From the IMG/VR virus record IMGVR_UViG_3300029955_000001: a DNA stretch of 64,000 nucleotides, one strand, 5' to 3'. How positions within the stretch are numbered: the stretch's first letter is position 1; the number at the start of each line of letters is the position of its first letter. Source of the stretch: a virus (taxonomy: Duplodnaviria; Caudoviricetes). Positions 29,103 to 39,227 of the stretch are shown piece after piece. Under the pieces are notes generated by a model, which saw nothing but the letters and a program-made list of their open reading frames with translations, ran no database searches and was not told the origin of the DNA. A program made the translations under genes and the position numbers.

Positions 29103-30980
29103 TTACATGATCAACTTCAACATATAAGCATCGTCTCCAATACTACCTTTCGTTGCTTCCAGAATGCGACCGTCTTTTGTTTTTAACAAGTGGCGACGAT
29201 ACGCAACACCATCTTTCGTTGTTTGTGCTTCTGTATCAGCAAACATACTTACCAGCAAGCTATGCAGAATAGGATTTCCATCTGGCCCTTCTTTCTTTAC
29301 AAGACTAGCAATGTCGTCTTGAAGTTTTATTTCTAACTCGTCATACAAACATTGAACAAAAGTCAAACTATATTTACCGCCAATATAAACAACATCAGCA
29401 ACACACCGACCTTCTTTGGTTTCGCCATCCATATGACTTAGCGTAACAGTGTAAGCTTCATCAAGATCTAACATTTTTAAAGTAGACGTTATTTGAGACT
29501 GTTGATCTTTCAGGAAAGCTTCTGCAATCCTATCGCCAAATTTAGTCTTAATAATAACAATAACGCCTTCTATATCTTCGATGAAATCGTCTATCGTCAA
29601 TCTAGGAATGCAGACTTTCTGTTTCAATAAACGATTGATAAGTTCCGTTATCTCTCGCTTACACAAGTTAAGTAGTTCAGGATGAACCTCATCTTTGAAA
29701 GCAATGATCTTATCCCGCACGCTGATAAATGTTTTTGAATTACTAATATTGCGGATAAATTCTCGATCACTTTGTGAGCAAATAACAGGTTTATAGATAA
29801 ACGCATAACAACGATAAATCGCCGGAATAACTATCTTGTCGCCAAACAAAGATGCATCGTATCGGCACAGACCAGCAGTTAACCATGCTGCTTCTTCTGA
29901 AATTTCAAGAAGTATCTTTTGATTAATTTTAGTTGTTACTACAGGCATTTCTTTTTCTTCTTCAGCAATTGCAATTACTTCATTATTTACTTCTTGGACA
30001 CCGACATGAATACGTTGCATTGCGCTTGCAGCAGCACTTATTCCTAAACCAGTTGGTACTATTCCAGAACTGTTATCAGTGGAATGACTTGCGTAATCCA
30101 TGTTGACATCCTTTTTATTATTAATGAAAGGTGTAATAACACCATTGACATTGGCGATTTGCAGTTCGTATAAATTTGGGTTATACGCTGGGAGATACCA
30201 ATGTTGCTTATTAGGAACCCACAGAACTTTCGAAGCAGTCTTACTTTGTTCTTGTGTTGCTACTGTGTTATTAATAGGTTCGTATACTCTAGCGATGTCG
30301 GTATTTTCAGCTGTTCTTGCCCCACCATAAACACGATTTTCAGTTGAGCCAAAAATCTGTGCCATCTGTATAGGAGGTCGCTGATTGCCACCGCCACCAT
30401 TTACAGACACATGACCTCCTTGTCGATTTGAACTGGGAAATACCGGCGCGCCATTGCCATAGTTATTAACTTGTTGGTTATTGTAACCGCCAATATTGAA
30501 ACCAGGCTTTGGTCGTATTTCTGCTAGCAATGCGTCAAGGTTATTAATAACGCGTTGTATAGCTTCGGCACTATTTGGGTTAACCATACCTTGCAACGGT
30601 TGGAATGTACGAATATTGTCCGCGCAGGCCATCTCGACCATCTTTGGAATAATATCAGCAATAGCTTGCTCCAAACTGGGATATCCGTTATTTCGCATAT
30701 GGAAGTCGATCACTTCCATTGTGAGTAAAACAAGTGTTTCATAATCTTTATTATAGAAACCATTCTGAGCATACTGATTAAACATGAACATTCGAAGCTT
30801 GTTCATACCAGCTGCGTTCTGAATTTCTATCGCAATAGCTGATGCAACCAATGGCAACATTTGCATTAGTTCTTGAGGATATTGTGGGCACTGTGGTACA
30901 TAAGGTGGGTTACCAAAAACCAATGGCATAGGCTGCACTGTCATTTGATCTGGATTAAAAGGCAACGGCGTGTTGTACAT
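29103..30980 (-). CDS. Conserved phiKZ-like hypothetical protein
   Basis: 625 aa; position downstream of the RNAP subunit is typical of the family. Confidence 0.7.
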   Translation of the reverse strand: MYNTPLPFNPDQMTVQPMPLVFGNPPYVPQCPQYPQELMQMLPLVASAIAIEIQNAAGMNKLRMFMFNQYAQNGFYNKDYETLVLLTMEVIDFHMRNNGYPSLEQAIADIIPKMVEMACADNIRTFQPLQGMVNPNSAEAIQRVINNLDALLAEIRPKPGFNIGGYNNQQVNNYGNGAPVFPSSNRQGGHVSVNGGGGNQRPPIQMAQIFGSTENRVYGGARTAENTDIARVYEPINNTVATQEQSKTASKVLWVPNKQHWYLPAYNPNLYELQIANVNGVITPFINNKKDVNMDYASHSTDNSSGIVPTGLGISAAASAMQRIHVGVQEVNNEVIAIAEEEKEMPVVTTKINQKILLEISEEAAWLTAGLCRYDASLFGDKIVIPAIYRCYAFIYKPVICSQSDREFIRNISNSKTFISVRDKIIAFKDEVHPELLNLCKREITELINRLLKQKVCIPRLTIDDFIEDIEGVIVIIKTKFGDRIAEAFLKDQQSQITSTLKMLDLDEAYTVTLSHMDGETKEGRCVADVVYIGGKYSLTFVQCLYDELEIKLQDDIASLVKKEGPDGNPILHSLLVSMFADTEAQTTKDGVAYRRHLLKTKDGRILEATKGSIGDDAYMLKLIM

Positions 30981-31061
30981 GAAGATCTTCCTTTGTAATT
31001 GATAGACTAGGCGTCCCTAGTTTATTTTTATTTTTCACACCCTTAACTACTTACCAGGGTA

Positions 31062-31079
31062 GTGATATATATTTATATT
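31062..31079 (-). promoter_or_regulatory. Putative early-type promoter
   Basis: Minus-strand ...AAATATATATCAC variant of the repeated motif. Confidence 0.4.
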
Positions 31080-31112
31080 ACTTTTGACTCTTATGTTAAT
31101 CAAGAGTTATTT

Positions 31113-32774
31113 CTATCGCCGCAACATTTCCTGAATACCGTCGAGCAGCTTAATATATTTTGGATTACGCTCCACTACGTTCTTAGAGTCATATTGAAGA
31201 TAAAAGTTTATACGACTGCGTCCCGATGGTTCACTTTTAGGCATATTTGAATATCCACCAATTTCAGCCACACTAACATGCATTCGTTTTGACGGATCGT
31301 TTAAGACAGCTCGATCTTTACGATTACTTGTGCGTGTAGAATCTCGCTGAGGTACGAGTATAGATGTTATCTTCAAAGCTTTATTATCGCCCGGATTAGA
31401 GATATTTGTTACTTCTCCATGATTCTTTGTCATTGAATAAATCAAACCTAAACGTAATGTTTGATTCATTGTGGCGATGACTTCTTTTGCTGAGATTTCT
31501 TTCTTAGCCGCTGCTTTCAATTTAAAATGCAATTTAAAGATAGCGCTCGTGATCTCATACAGCACGTGATATAGAACATTCAACTCTTTGTCGTACATTG
31601 AATTCACTTTATCAGTTGCGTTCAACAGCCAGTCGTTAAAGTGTTCTATGATGACAGCAAATAATTGATAGATATCCTCAACTGGAACACCAATCTCTTC
31701 CATCTTCTTTACCACAATTCCATCGATATATTCATCCAGTGAATCAATATGGTCTTTAATATCATCGTTCAACTTACCATGATGAATATTAGCAGACCAA
31801 AGAATGACTCCCATTGCAATATTCCACATCCTCTTTTCACCAGAACCACCAATGAATTGCGGCTGAATACTTGTAGGGAAATGATCAATGATGTAAAACA
31901 AACCACCTAACATATTTCTTACCATTGGAGTCATCTCTTCTTTACGAATAGCCACATTAACTGTGGATGGTTCGTAATAAGCTCTCCCAAATCCTTTTGG
32001 TTTCACCTGCACACTGCTGCAAATAGTCCATTCGTTTTCTGGGTAAACGTTCTTATTTACTTCAGGTCCGCCAATGACTAATTTACATTTTCCAAACTTT
32101 AAAAAAGTATCATGTAAACCATACTTACATAACAAATAATGCATCATCGTTGTATTTGCTTTGATTGTCTGACGCATCCTTTTCATCTTTTGGTTTTTAT
32201 GATAAATTAACGACCAAACAACCTGAACAGTCTCGCGTTTACCATCCACCATGTAGTGCTGACTAACACGTTTAAATGTTAATTTATCACGTAGCAGTCT
32301 AACAAAGATATCCGTCATGCCAACTGAAATTACACGATCAATAAGCAATGGTGAAACATTAAATCTGCTACCGCCTAAAGTAATAGTGCCAGCTTCATTT
32401 ACGAAAGGCAAGTACAAGAAACGATCTGGTAACAATTCTTCTTTAAATTTGAATATATACTTCATCATGTACAAATCACTTCTTGCTACATCAAACGTTC
32501 GCTTACTTGTTTTTCTTTTTGTTGCTTCAGCAAATTCTTCTTGCGGCGTACAGCGTTTATAGCCGAGATACACTAAATCAGTAGGGAATCCATTTGCTGC
32601 TGATTTAATAACCTCGTCAATATACTGTTCGCAATATTGCATGTGCTTACATGCTAACCCATTAGCGATGTTTTCATTAAATCGCGGGGTGTCAGAATCC
32701 ACTAGGAGTGTTAACGCGGTATCTATGATGTTCTCCCTTTTGCAGTGTTTACGATGGGCGCACAACACGCCCAT
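31113..32774 (-). CDS. Non-virion RNA polymerase beta-type subunit (phiKZ gp123-like, N-terminal part of beta)
   Basis: LYLPFV...G.I.L.GSRF...P.L.DR motif; C-terminal H.S.AE.GGYS..PKSEPSGR.RIN; synteny with the MCP. Confidence 0.8.
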   Translation of the reverse strand: MGVLCAHRKHCKRENIIDTALTLLVDSDTPRFNENIANGLACKHMQYCEQYIDEVIKSAANGFPTDLVYLGYKRCTPQEEFAEATKRKTSKRTFDVARSDLYMMKYIFKFKEELLPDRFLYLPFVNEAGTITLGGSRFNVSPLLIDRVISVGMTDIFVRLLRDKLTFKRVSQHYMVDGKRETVQVVWSLIYHKNQKMKRMRQTIKANTTMMHYLLCKYGLHDTFLKFGKCKLVIGGPEVNKNVYPENEWTICSSVQVKPKGFGRAYYEPSTVNVAIRKEEMTPMVRNMLGGLFYIIDHFPTSIQPQFIGGSGEKRMWNIAMGVILWSANIHHGKLNDDIKDHIDSLDEYIDGIVVKKMEEIGVPVEDIYQLFAVIIEHFNDWLLNATDKVNSMYDKELNVLYHVLYEITSAIFKLHFKLKAAAKKEISAKEVIATMNQTLRLGLIYSMTKNHGEVTNISNPGDNKALKITSILVPQRDSTRTSNRKDRAVLNDPSKRMHVSVAEIGGYSNMPKSEPSGRSRINFYLQYDSKNVVERNPKYIKLLDGIQEMLRR

Positions 32775-32780
32775 CGTTTA

Positions 32781-33929
32781 TTACTTTGCAGCTTTCTTTA
32801 TAAAAGTAGAAGCAATAGCAGTACATATTGCTCCTGCACCAATAATCATCGCTGGAATCCATTTGATTATTTCGGTTTGCTCTTTTCGAGAATGAGATGT
32901 ATCCTCGAAATGATCTTTTATTCTCTGTCGTTCTAAAGCAGACACTATGTCTACTCGTTCTTTCATTTCAAGCATTACTTGAGCGTGCCGAGATGCTTCC
33001 ATCTCGAGGCGTTTTAATTCTTTGTTCTTCTCGATTATTTCTAACTCATGCGATTGTTTTGCTATTTGTGTTTCATGTTTCATCGCTAGCAGTGTTTGTT
33101 CGAGAGCAGCCATTTCCATTTTCTTAGCCAGAGACACATCACCAAGATTCAATGCTTCTTCATGCGTCTTAAATAACCCAACCTTTTCTTGTGCTTCCTC
33201 AAACGTAAAGTAGTTTACTTTAACATCAGTAACATCGAACTTTCCAGTAACGGGATTATTCGATACGACATAAATGCCGTCTTTTCTACTACCATCAGTT
33301 TTTGTTGTCACGCGATAAACTTTATTACCAATATTCAAATATCGGTCACCATATCTTTTAGCGCTATCTATTAACTCCACTGAATATCCAAAACATTTAT
33401 TGTCTTGATGTACTAAGTTAGACTGAATAGAATTTGCTTCTTTAGCGGAATTACTAAATGGATGTTGAGGAGCGTATTCAATTGGTAAAATTGAAATGAC
33501 ACAATCTAGTTCGTGGTGATATATTGTACCACCGTTCGCTCTTAACTGATCATAACTAACTGGGTAATCTAATACTAACTTTGCACCGGAGTAATAGGTT
33601 TTCTTTTCGTGTTCATTAAAAGCATTGCGTAATGCTATTAATTCACTACTACTTGAATCATCTGTCACACCAGACAATATATGTTGCGTGTCTAATTTTA
33701 TCGCAGCATTCATAATCATCGTTGTTCTGATAATTAATTTCTTGTTAAACATGCTGCGTTCAGGCTTTAGTACAAATTTATATCCAGATCTCCGTACGAT
33801 AGTGACTGGCACAGGTAAATCGTTAATATACTTTGTGTCAAAATCAAACTGACTACTACCTATCTCACGAATATCTGTTGGTGCTGGATACACCTCACCA
33901 AAGTACGATGGAATTTCATTTTCTTTCAT
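32781..33929 (-). CDS. Conserved hypothetical protein with C-terminal coiled coil and TM (phiKZ gp122-like)
   Basis: Lies between the MCP and the RNAP subunit; C-terminal hydrophobic helix. Confidence 0.7.
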   Translation of the reverse strand: MKENEIPSYFGEVYPAPTDIREIGSSQFDFDTKYINDLPVPVTIVRRSGYKFVLKPERSMFNKKLIIRTTMIMNAAIKLDTQHILSGVTDDSSSSELIALRNAFNEHEKKTYYSGAKLVLDYPVSYDQLRANGGTIYHHELDCVISILPIEYAPQHPFSNSAKEANSIQSNLVHQDNKCFGYSVELIDSAKRYGDRYLNIGNKVYRVTTKTDGSRKDGIYVVSNNPVTGKFDVTDVKVNYFTFEEAQEKVGLFKTHEEALNLGDVSLAKKMEMAALEQTLLAMKHETQIAKQSHELEIIEKNKELKRLEMEASRHAQVMLEMKERVDIVSALERQRIKDHFEDTSHSRKEQTEIIKWIPAMIIGAGAICTAIASTFIKKAAK

Positions 33930-34063
33930 TGCTTTAGCTTTCCAAACGATATCACGTTATGGCATTGAGTGGTGACTTGAGTCGTACTCGTATTAGGTGA
34001 ACGCAATACACGAACAGAATAACTAATCATTAGGAGATGTTGCTTAGAAATAAAAACAGCATA

Positions 34064-34260
34064 ATTATTACCACTTCATAACAGTGACGGTATCTCTCAA
34101 TATCAGAGTTCTTGTTGCTGATCCTTTACATCAGGATTCACTTCACAAGCTATCCGGACTTACCAGCCCTTGTATTTCTATTCTAGCAATTCACGCAAGA
34201 AGTGCCGGTACTGTAAATATTCATACTAGCTACATCATCAGCGTTCTTTGTAAAACCACA
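34064..34260 (-). ncRNA. TnpB omega-RNA (right-end RNA) with putative guide TGTTATGAAGTGGTAAT
   Basis: GCTTGTGAAGTGAA...CAGCAACAAGAAC typical of IS605/IS1341 3' ends; scaffold ends ...CGTCAC at 34084. Confidence 0.65.
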
Positions 34261-34587
34261 ATTCATACATTTAGCACAACAGCGGAACAGTCATTTAGCC
34301 AAATAAATTCTGGGTTTTGTTTTAGTAATACTAATTCATTAATTAAACCAAATACGGTAGGTTTATGCCCTAACTCATAAAGCTCTTTCCATCGTGCTAA
34401 GCCCCAGTTATAAATAAATCTGCTACATCCTGCAAATTGTTTAAATTGAGTTTCTTGTTGTTTAGTAGGAAATAAACGATACTTAAAAGCCTTATGAAAT
34501 GTTATTTATCCATTTAAGGAGATTTTGTTATTTGACATTCTTAATCTCCTTATTTAGAAGAACATATAGTAATTCTCATAACAGTGA
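34076..34587 (-). mobile_element. Degenerate IS200/IS605-family TnpB element bounded by a 12-bp direct repeat
   Basis: TCATAACAGTGA at 34076-34087 and 34576-34587 flanks a tnpB remnant plus its right-end RNA. Confidence 0.75.
34183..34538 (-). pseudogene. tnpB: tnpB remnant (N-terminal HTH joined to C-terminal zinc ribbon; large internal deletion; early in-frame TAA)
   Basis: MSNNKISLNG*ITFHKAFKYRLFPTKQQETQFKQFAGCSRFIYNWGL...WLNDCSAVVL, then in another frame KCMNCGFTKNADDVASMNI. Confidence 0.88.
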
Positions 34588-34601
34588 TATATTACTCAAA
34601 T
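34584..34601 (-). promoter_or_regulatory. Putative early-type promoter upstream of the tnpB remnant and the gp122/RNAP operon
   Basis: Minus-strand ATTTGAGTAATATATCAC. Confidence 0.55.
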
Positions 34602-34616
34602 ATTTTCGAATAGTAA

Positions 34617-34660
34617 CGGCATAAAACCTCTACCAGAACGATTAGGTTCTGATAGAGGAA
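34617..34660 (-). terminator. Hairpin + TATGCCG after the major capsid gene
   Basis: cctctaccagaac/gttctgatagagg stem with one mismatch; CGGCATA at 34617-34623. Confidence 0.7.
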
Positions 34661-34696
34661 TTACAGCCCCAAATGGCTAATCCAACTTAAGTAGGT

Positions 34697-36937
34697 TTAT
34701 ACCAAATCGCTAGTTACAGTTAAGAAATGAACTGGAACTTTTGCCGATACCACATCACTAATCCCCGTGATATCCAGAGCAGCCATGATCGGCAAGTTAA
34801 CAACGTGCAAGAACGACGGTTGGACCGTAAGTTCTTTGCTGTTAGCGCCGTTACGATGCAATGGCAACACCAGGGTCAGTTCTGGCTTCCAAGCCATGTT
34901 ACCGAAATGCATCGGATTAGGCACGCCGTCCATCGAATCACCAAAGGCACCGAACGTCATGATGATCTTACCAGCCATGGTCATGTTCAGAGTCGACACA
35001 ACCTTAACATTGAAGTCATTGCCCAATGTACGGAAGTCGCCAGTTACCGTCAGGTAACGAGAGATAACCGGATCAGTACCGATGATAACAGTCGGAACTT
35101 GGGAAATGCCGCCAGCCAGTGCATCAGCAGCTGCTTTGTAACCAGAGTCACGATACATGCGATAAGCCATGTCGCGCAGTTTATTAACGAGCAATGCTTG
35201 AATATCAGCAATACGATCAGACGACTTGATCGAATCAACCAACGAAGCAACGTCCAGCGTAGCATGTTCGTAGAATGGTTGCACCAAGAAGCGAGCTACA
35301 CCCAGAATGCCCGAGTTATCAGTCAACGAACCAAGAGTTCCAGGAACCAAGCCATCAGCCGTATTCACAAATTCAGCCAACAGATCTTGTGCTTTCAACA
35401 GTTCAGACACAGCAGCATTACTGGTGCGGATATGCGTTGCAGTAATCAGAGCAGCCAGGTCGCTCGAATCGTTTGCATCACCAATCGTCAATGGACGCGG
35501 TACAGTGATAGGCGAACGCAACGGCACTGCGTAAATCTGATTGTAGAACGTAGTATCCAACAGCTGACCACGCATACGACGGTTCAGGTTAGTACGACGC
35601 GCATCAAGATCGTAACCAACAGCCGAAGCATTTGCAAACAGATTTGCAATTGTCAAACCAGCACCAGTGGTCAAGTCCAAGCTAACGCCATTGCCATCGA
35701 TAACAGAAACAACACCCACGTTACCTGGGAACAGATTCGTATCACCCAATTCAAGATTGACACCGCCCGATACTTGCACAGACAAACGAACCGAATAACC
35801 ACCAGCGAGGATAGGTGCAAACGCAGCAGGAAGAACACCGTTTACGTTAGTAGTAGTGCCTGTTACTTGCAGAATATTCGTATCGAATATGCAAGTCATC
35901 ACACGATAGTTCTGTTGCACTGAGTATTGGAATGTGGCCAATGGCAACTTGCCAGTATTGAACTGGATCAAATCAGTTTCAGCATCATTTACAATCTTCA
36001 GATACACCGATTCCAAACGAATGGCAGTATCGATCGAGTCAGTCGAATCATTCAGACCGGTTTCAAGCATTGCGTCAGTTTGCGAAATAGCCAACAGTCC
36101 GAACTTATTGCCCATTTTCAGAGGAGCAGTAGTAATCGACTCACCATCCAACAGAATGGTCTTCGGTGCATACAGAGCTGGGTCAATGAAGTTCGATGCC
36201 GCTTGGGTACGATACACTGGGACAATACGTGTTTGATCATTCTTCAGGATCGTAGGATCGATTACAGCTTGAACGATGTTGCGTTTGTTGAAGTTGTCAA
36301 CAGCACCAGTGATTTGGCGACGAACTTCATTGTACACGGAGATCAGACGGATCGAAACGGTATAGCCAACTTGGTCAGGTGTAACTACAACGGTTGGGAA
36401 GAAAGTTTCGCCGAATTCATCTTGGCGAGCAGCTTGCATGTTATATGCAACAGAATACACAACGGCATTCTTGTTTTCTTTCTCATCATAAGCTTCCATT
36501 GCAGCCGAAATACGACCTTGCAATGAATCGCCAATGCCTTCAGTCCCGAAGAAGGTCATGTTTTCAGCAGCAACCATACTGCGTGCAACAGGAGCATTCA
36601 AGAAACCAGGAATGTCGCCTGCCATAATACCAGCAGCTACGGCAGCTTGTTTTTGCGCAGTGGTCAGAGGAGCACCGTCTGAACGCTTAATCACATGCGT
36701 GTCAACAATCTGTTCCAGTGCCAAATTAAGGCTATTTACACAGCGGTCAAGTTCATTAGCGGTAGTTGCATCAATCGATTCCATCGACATAGCAGCATGT
36801 GCGTATTCTTTGGATGCAAAAGTAGAACCATTTGAATTCAGTTGTTGACGAATGCCAGCAACCAGGTTGTCAAGTGGAGTCGCCGGAGTGTAAGAACCGA
36901 CGCGTTGTTGTTTATTGCGAAACAGTGATGTGCTCAT
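34697..36937 (-). CDS. Major capsid protein (phiKZ gp120-like)
   Basis: QDEFGETFFPTVV and R..G.L.D motifs; propeptide with S/A-M-E cleavage sites; biased codon usage; start taken at ATG 36937. Confidence 0.9.
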   Translation of the reverse strand: MSTSLFRNKQQRVGSYTPATPLDNLVAGIRQQLNSNGSTFASKEYAHAAMSMESIDATTANELDRCVNSLNLALEQIVDTHVIKRSDGAPLTTAQKQAAVAAGIMAGDIPGFLNAPVARSMVAAENMTFFGTEGIGDSLQGRISAAMEAYDEKENKNAVVYSVAYNMQAARQDEFGETFFPTVVVTPDQVGYTVSIRLISVYNEVRRQITGAVDNFNKRNIVQAVIDPTILKNDQTRIVPVYRTQAASNFIDPALYAPKTILLDGESITTAPLKMGNKFGLLAISQTDAMLETGLNDSTDSIDTAIRLESVYLKIVNDAETDLIQFNTGKLPLATFQYSVQQNYRVMTCIFDTNILQVTGTTTNVNGVLPAAFAPILAGGYSVRLSVQVSGGVNLELGDTNLFPGNVGVVSVIDGNGVSLDLTTGAGLTIANLFANASAVGYDLDARRTNLNRRMRGQLLDTTFYNQIYAVPLRSPITVPRPLTIGDANDSSDLAALITATHIRTSNAAVSELLKAQDLLAEFVNTADGLVPGTLGSLTDNSGILGVARFLVQPFYEHATLDVASLVDSIKSSDRIADIQALLVNKLRDMAYRMYRDSGYKAAADALAGGISQVPTVIIGTDPVISRYLTVTGDFRTLGNDFNVKVVSTLNMTMAGKIIMTFGAFGDSMDGVPNPMHFGNMAWKPELTLVLPLHRNGANSKELTVQPSFLHVVNLPIMAALDITGISDVVSAKVPVHFLTVTSDLV

Positions 36938-37001
36938 TTTTTTAAAATCCTTGCAGTTGGAAAGAAAAGATGCTTTTGGGGCATTGTACCTCAAAGTATT
37001 A

Positions 37002-37565
37002 TTAATAATTAGTTGCTAATAAATCGAGATACCTTTTAAACAAAGAGGTTTTTGCTACCTCGTGATACGCGTCGTACACATACAATACTTTTAAAATAGA
37101 CTCAATTAGTGATATTTGTAGTCTTGGATCTACTGGTTCAGTAAAGAATCCGGGATTAATGACAATTCCTAACAATTCTGGTGTTAGGTCATGAACGGTA
37201 AATGGAACCTGTTTTTCATCATAAGAATTATGCTTAGAAGTAGGATCAAAGATTCTATCCCACACTTCTTTATGATTTACTGCATCCAAAGCAAACTTTG
37301 GCAAATCAAGATAACATTCGTTTCTTAACTTTGGTTTATCTTCAGGAACACTGTTTTTCCAAATAGCAGCAAGATCGATGTATATATCCGATCCTAACAC
37401 ATGATTTGTGTAAGTCTGAAAAACAAGAAATGAAATCAAATCATTAAGTGACATCAGTGGCTTTATTTTTTCAAATGATAAACACTGATTTAACGGTAGC
37501 TGATTTCTCTTCATAGTCTCAGCCACCCAAAACGGGATTAAAATAATATCCTTATTCCTCGGCAC
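37002..37565 (-). CDS. Conserved virion protein (phiKZ gp119-like)
   Basis: Lies between the MCP and DnaB, as in phiKZ. Confidence 0.65.
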   Translation of the reverse strand: MPRNKDIILIPFWVAETMKRNQLPLNQCLSFEKIKPLMSLNDLISFLVFQTYTNHVLGSDIYIDLAAIWKNSVPEDKPKLRNECYLDLPKFALDAVNHKEVWDRIFDPTSKHNSYDEKQVPFTVHDLTPELLGIVINPGFFTEPVDPRLQISLIESILKVLYVYDAYHEVAKTSLFKRYLDLLATNY

Positions 37566-37684
37566 GATGATGACTCCTTATACAACACAACATAAGTAAT
37601 TAATGACTGGCGCGACCTCATCTATGAGGACTACTTTAAAAAAATTAATAATCGTCTAACTAAAAATAACACATTCATAACGAT

Positions 37685-39202
37685 ATGGACAATTTACAAC
37701 TATTAGTAACCAGTATTATACTTTTATATCGTGAAAGTCAGCTACCTGGCGCCAATGAAAATTCCGCAACAATCGTAAGAAGCGTTCTTGCAAATATTAA
37801 GGCTGCTGATTTAAACATCGGTATAGGTTCTGAACGTGACATGATCGATGGGTTAAAAGCAACAGCAATGTCAATGTGTGACTCACCTCCTGGATATAAA
37901 TTTGACCAAGGTAGTCTATTACAGCGTTTAAAAGTAAACACTATTGACAATGAAAAAGTATTTAATCTGCTATATGATGGAATAGCTTCTGATTTGCCTG
38001 ATAATCTAAACAAAAGTAAATGTTTGGAAGAAAGGCGTAATTTAAACGAATTCTTTAAACAAAGGAAGTTTGAAGAGATTATTAAAAAAGCGTCACACAC
38101 TATGAAATTTCATAGTGATAAGATGCCTCCCTTTAATAATTTTGTCGCAGACATCGCCACACAGCTTGAACAGTTTACAATTAGAACTGATACTAAAGAT
38201 CCAGCAATTATATCCGAGGTAGATTTTGACCACATTGATCAGATCACAAACGTCTTCACAGCGGTCTCAGAAGAGGCTGCTGGGACTGCTTTATTGAAAT
38301 CTGGCTACCAAGGTATTAACCTAATGCTGGACGGTGGTTTTAGACGTGGTGAGTCAGTTGTTATTGGTGCGTTACAACATCAGTTTAAAACAGGATTTAG
38401 TTTATCGGTGTTTAAACAATTAGCTCTCTATAATATTCCTCAGATGACTGATCCTACAAAGAAACCTTTGATGATCCGTATTTCATTTGAAGATCCGTTA
38501 TCTCTGAACTTCCAGTTTCTTTATCAGTCACTGAAATCAAACGAAGTTGGTGAAAGCTATACACCTATTGACAGCAGTGAAGGAGAGATGGCTGGGTATG
38601 TTAGAGAGCGTTTACAGTCGAATGGGTACTACGTAAAGTTCTTACATGTAAATCCTTCCGGATGGACATATAAAGATATTTGTAACTATATTATTCAGTG
38701 TGAGGCCGATGGTTATGAAGTTCATGTCTGTATGTTGGATTATTTATTAAAGTTACCAACGACTGGATGTGATCAAGGACCTATGGGTCACGATATTCGT
38801 AATCTCTACGAGAGATTAACAAACTTCATGAAAGCTAGAAGAATTTTGTTTATTACGCCTCACCAGCTTTCACCAGAAGCAAAAAAATTAGTTCGTTTAG
38901 GCTCAAGTGATTTAGTAAGAGAGTTACCTGGAAAAGGTTTTTACAGCGGCAGCTCACAAATCGATCAAGTCGTTGATCTTGAGATATATATACATATTGA
39001 ACAATTGAATGGTAAGTCGTATCTCACTATACAACGCGGTAAACATCGTAAGATTAAGCAAACGCCTTTTGAGCATCAATATTGTGTATTGGAGTTTAAC
39101 GATTACGGTATACCTGATGATATTAACGGAGCTGATACCACCAGAACACGTGTCGGTGGTGGTCCAAAAGGAACTAAGGATGAAATTCCGTTTTGGGAGT
39201 AA
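37685..39202 (+). CDS. dnaB: DnaB-like replicative helicase (phiKZ gp118-like)
   Basis: GFRRGE, variant Walker A ALQHQFKT, ISFED, Walker B LDYL, PHQLS and RGKHR arginine finger. Confidence 0.88.
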   Translation: MDNLQLLVTSIILLYRESQLPGANENSATIVRSVLANIKAADLNIGIGSERDMIDGLKATAMSMCDSPPGYKFDQGSLLQRLKVNTIDNEKVFNLLYDGIASDLPDNLNKSKCLEERRNLNEFFKQRKFEEIIKKASHTMKFHSDKMPPFNNFVADIATQLEQFTIRTDTKDPAIISEVDFDHIDQITNVFTAVSEEAAGTALLKSGYQGINLMLDGGFRRGESVVIGALQHQFKTGFSLSVFKQLALYNIPQMTDPTKKPLMIRISFEDPLSLNFQFLYQSLKSNEVGESYTPIDSSEGEMAGYVRERLQSNGYYVKFLHVNPSGWTYKDICNYIIQCEADGYEVHVCMLDYLLKLPTTGCDQGPMGHDIRNLYERLTNFMKARRILFITPHQLSPEAKKLVRLGSSDLVRELPGKGFYSGSSQIDQVVDLEIYIHIEQLNGKSYLTIQRGKHRKIKQTPFEHQYCVLEFNDYGIPDDINGADTTRTRVGGGPKGTKDEIPFWE

Positions 39203-39227
39203 TTAACGACATATAACAGGATTAAAC

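Noticed and set aside
30867-30876. 10-nt match (AGTTCTTGAG) to the 3' seed of the IscB guide inside the 625-aa gene
   Set aside because: A 10-mer match is expected by chance in 64 kb of AT-rich DNA, and the match does not extend.
34084-34380. 98-aa + strand ORF
   Set aside because: Antisense to the tnpB remnant and omega-RNA; no independent support.
34727-36848. Several long + strand ORFs (up to 398 aa) overlapping the major capsid gene
   Set aside because: Antisense shadows caused by the strong codon bias of a highly expressed gene; no RBS or protein-like motifs.
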